24,828 bases of DNA from a virus (Duplodnaviria; Caudoviricetes): IMG/VR virus record IMGVR_UViG_3300006751_000124, positions 1 to 24,828 of that record, one strand, 5' to 3'. Below the pieces are notes generated by a model. It saw nothing but the letters and a program-made list of their open reading frames with translations. It did no database searches and was not told the origin of the DNA. This document shows positions 24,508 through 24,828 of this stretch, piece by piece. Position 1 is the first letter of the stretch. Every line of letters starts with the position of its first letter. Both the position numbers and the translations under genes were made by a program.

Positions 24508-24828
24508 TTATTTTAATTGTATGAACTCCGCTTTACTTAGGCAACTTAAATCTTTGCAACCAGCATATGAAACAGAGCTCTTAAGAGCCTTTTCAATTTC
24601 TCTTAATCTAATATTATATTCCGGTGCTAATTCTATTTCTATTTGTTTACCTTCAACAAAATTTAATTTATTTCTTTTTTGAGTATATGATGTACTACCG
24701 TAGTATTGTTTATGTCCGTTAATATGTTTTGCAGGAGAGTCAATACAACCTGCAAAAAAAGATCCAGCCATTACACAATCTGCTCCAGCAACTAAAGCCT
24801 TTGCAATATCTCCAAATTCTTTACATCC
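24508..24828 (-). CDS. guaC: GMP reductase (Bacillus-type), 3' part; 5' end lies outside the window
   Basis: Frame open to the window edge: GCKEFGDIAKALVAGADCVMAGSFFAG..DSP...KQYYGSTSYTQK...VEGK...LKSSVSYAG. IMPDH/GMPR fold; the short flap best fits GuaC. Confidence 0.8.
   Translation of the reverse strand, partial: GCKEFGDIAKALVAGADCVMAGSFFAGCIDSPAKHINGHKQYYGSTSYTQKRNKLNFVEGKQIEIELAPEYNIRLREIEKALKSSVSYAGCKDLSCLSKAEFIQLK

Noticed and set aside
1-24828. Stop-codon reassignment, introns/inteins, tRNAs, CRISPR arrays
   Set aside because: Core genes (gp17, gp41, gp61, gp18) are uninterrupted in the standard code, intergenic gaps are under 90 bp, and I saw no repeat-spacer or cloverleaf pattern.

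Overview
A gene-dense, AT-rich segment of a T4-like myovirus genome that is clearly divergent from T4 and uses the standard genetic code. The left part (1-13535) is morphogenesis: a probable tape-measure N-terminus, gp26/gp51-like hub proteins, a tube-fold paralogue, tail tube gp19, an 898-aa sheath gp18, gp3, large terminase gp17, neck gp14 and several acidic or low-complexity proteins that may be prohead-core or internal proteins. An inverted rmlA sits inside this block. The right part (13532-24828) is one tightly overlapping minus-strand gene run: guaC (partial), a stand-alone class II glutamine amidotransferase, a GT-A glycosyltransferase, helicase gp41, a DHH phosphoesterase, gp59-like, gp32, gp45-like, a UER1/NRS-ER-type epimerase-reductase, rmlB, RNase H and primase. 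Three things stand out. (1) A complete three-gene NDP-L-rhamnose pathway plus a glycosyltransferase and an amidotransferase are wired into the replisome genes, a candidate DNA- or virion-glycosylation system. (2) Late promoters appear leaderless (TAAATA-N5/6-start codon), including a 10-bp palindrome in the 13-bp gap between the divergent terminase and core-protein starts. (3) The 463-aa acidic protein contains a nested promoter, RBS and start codon. All family calls come from recognising motifs by eye, not from database searches.
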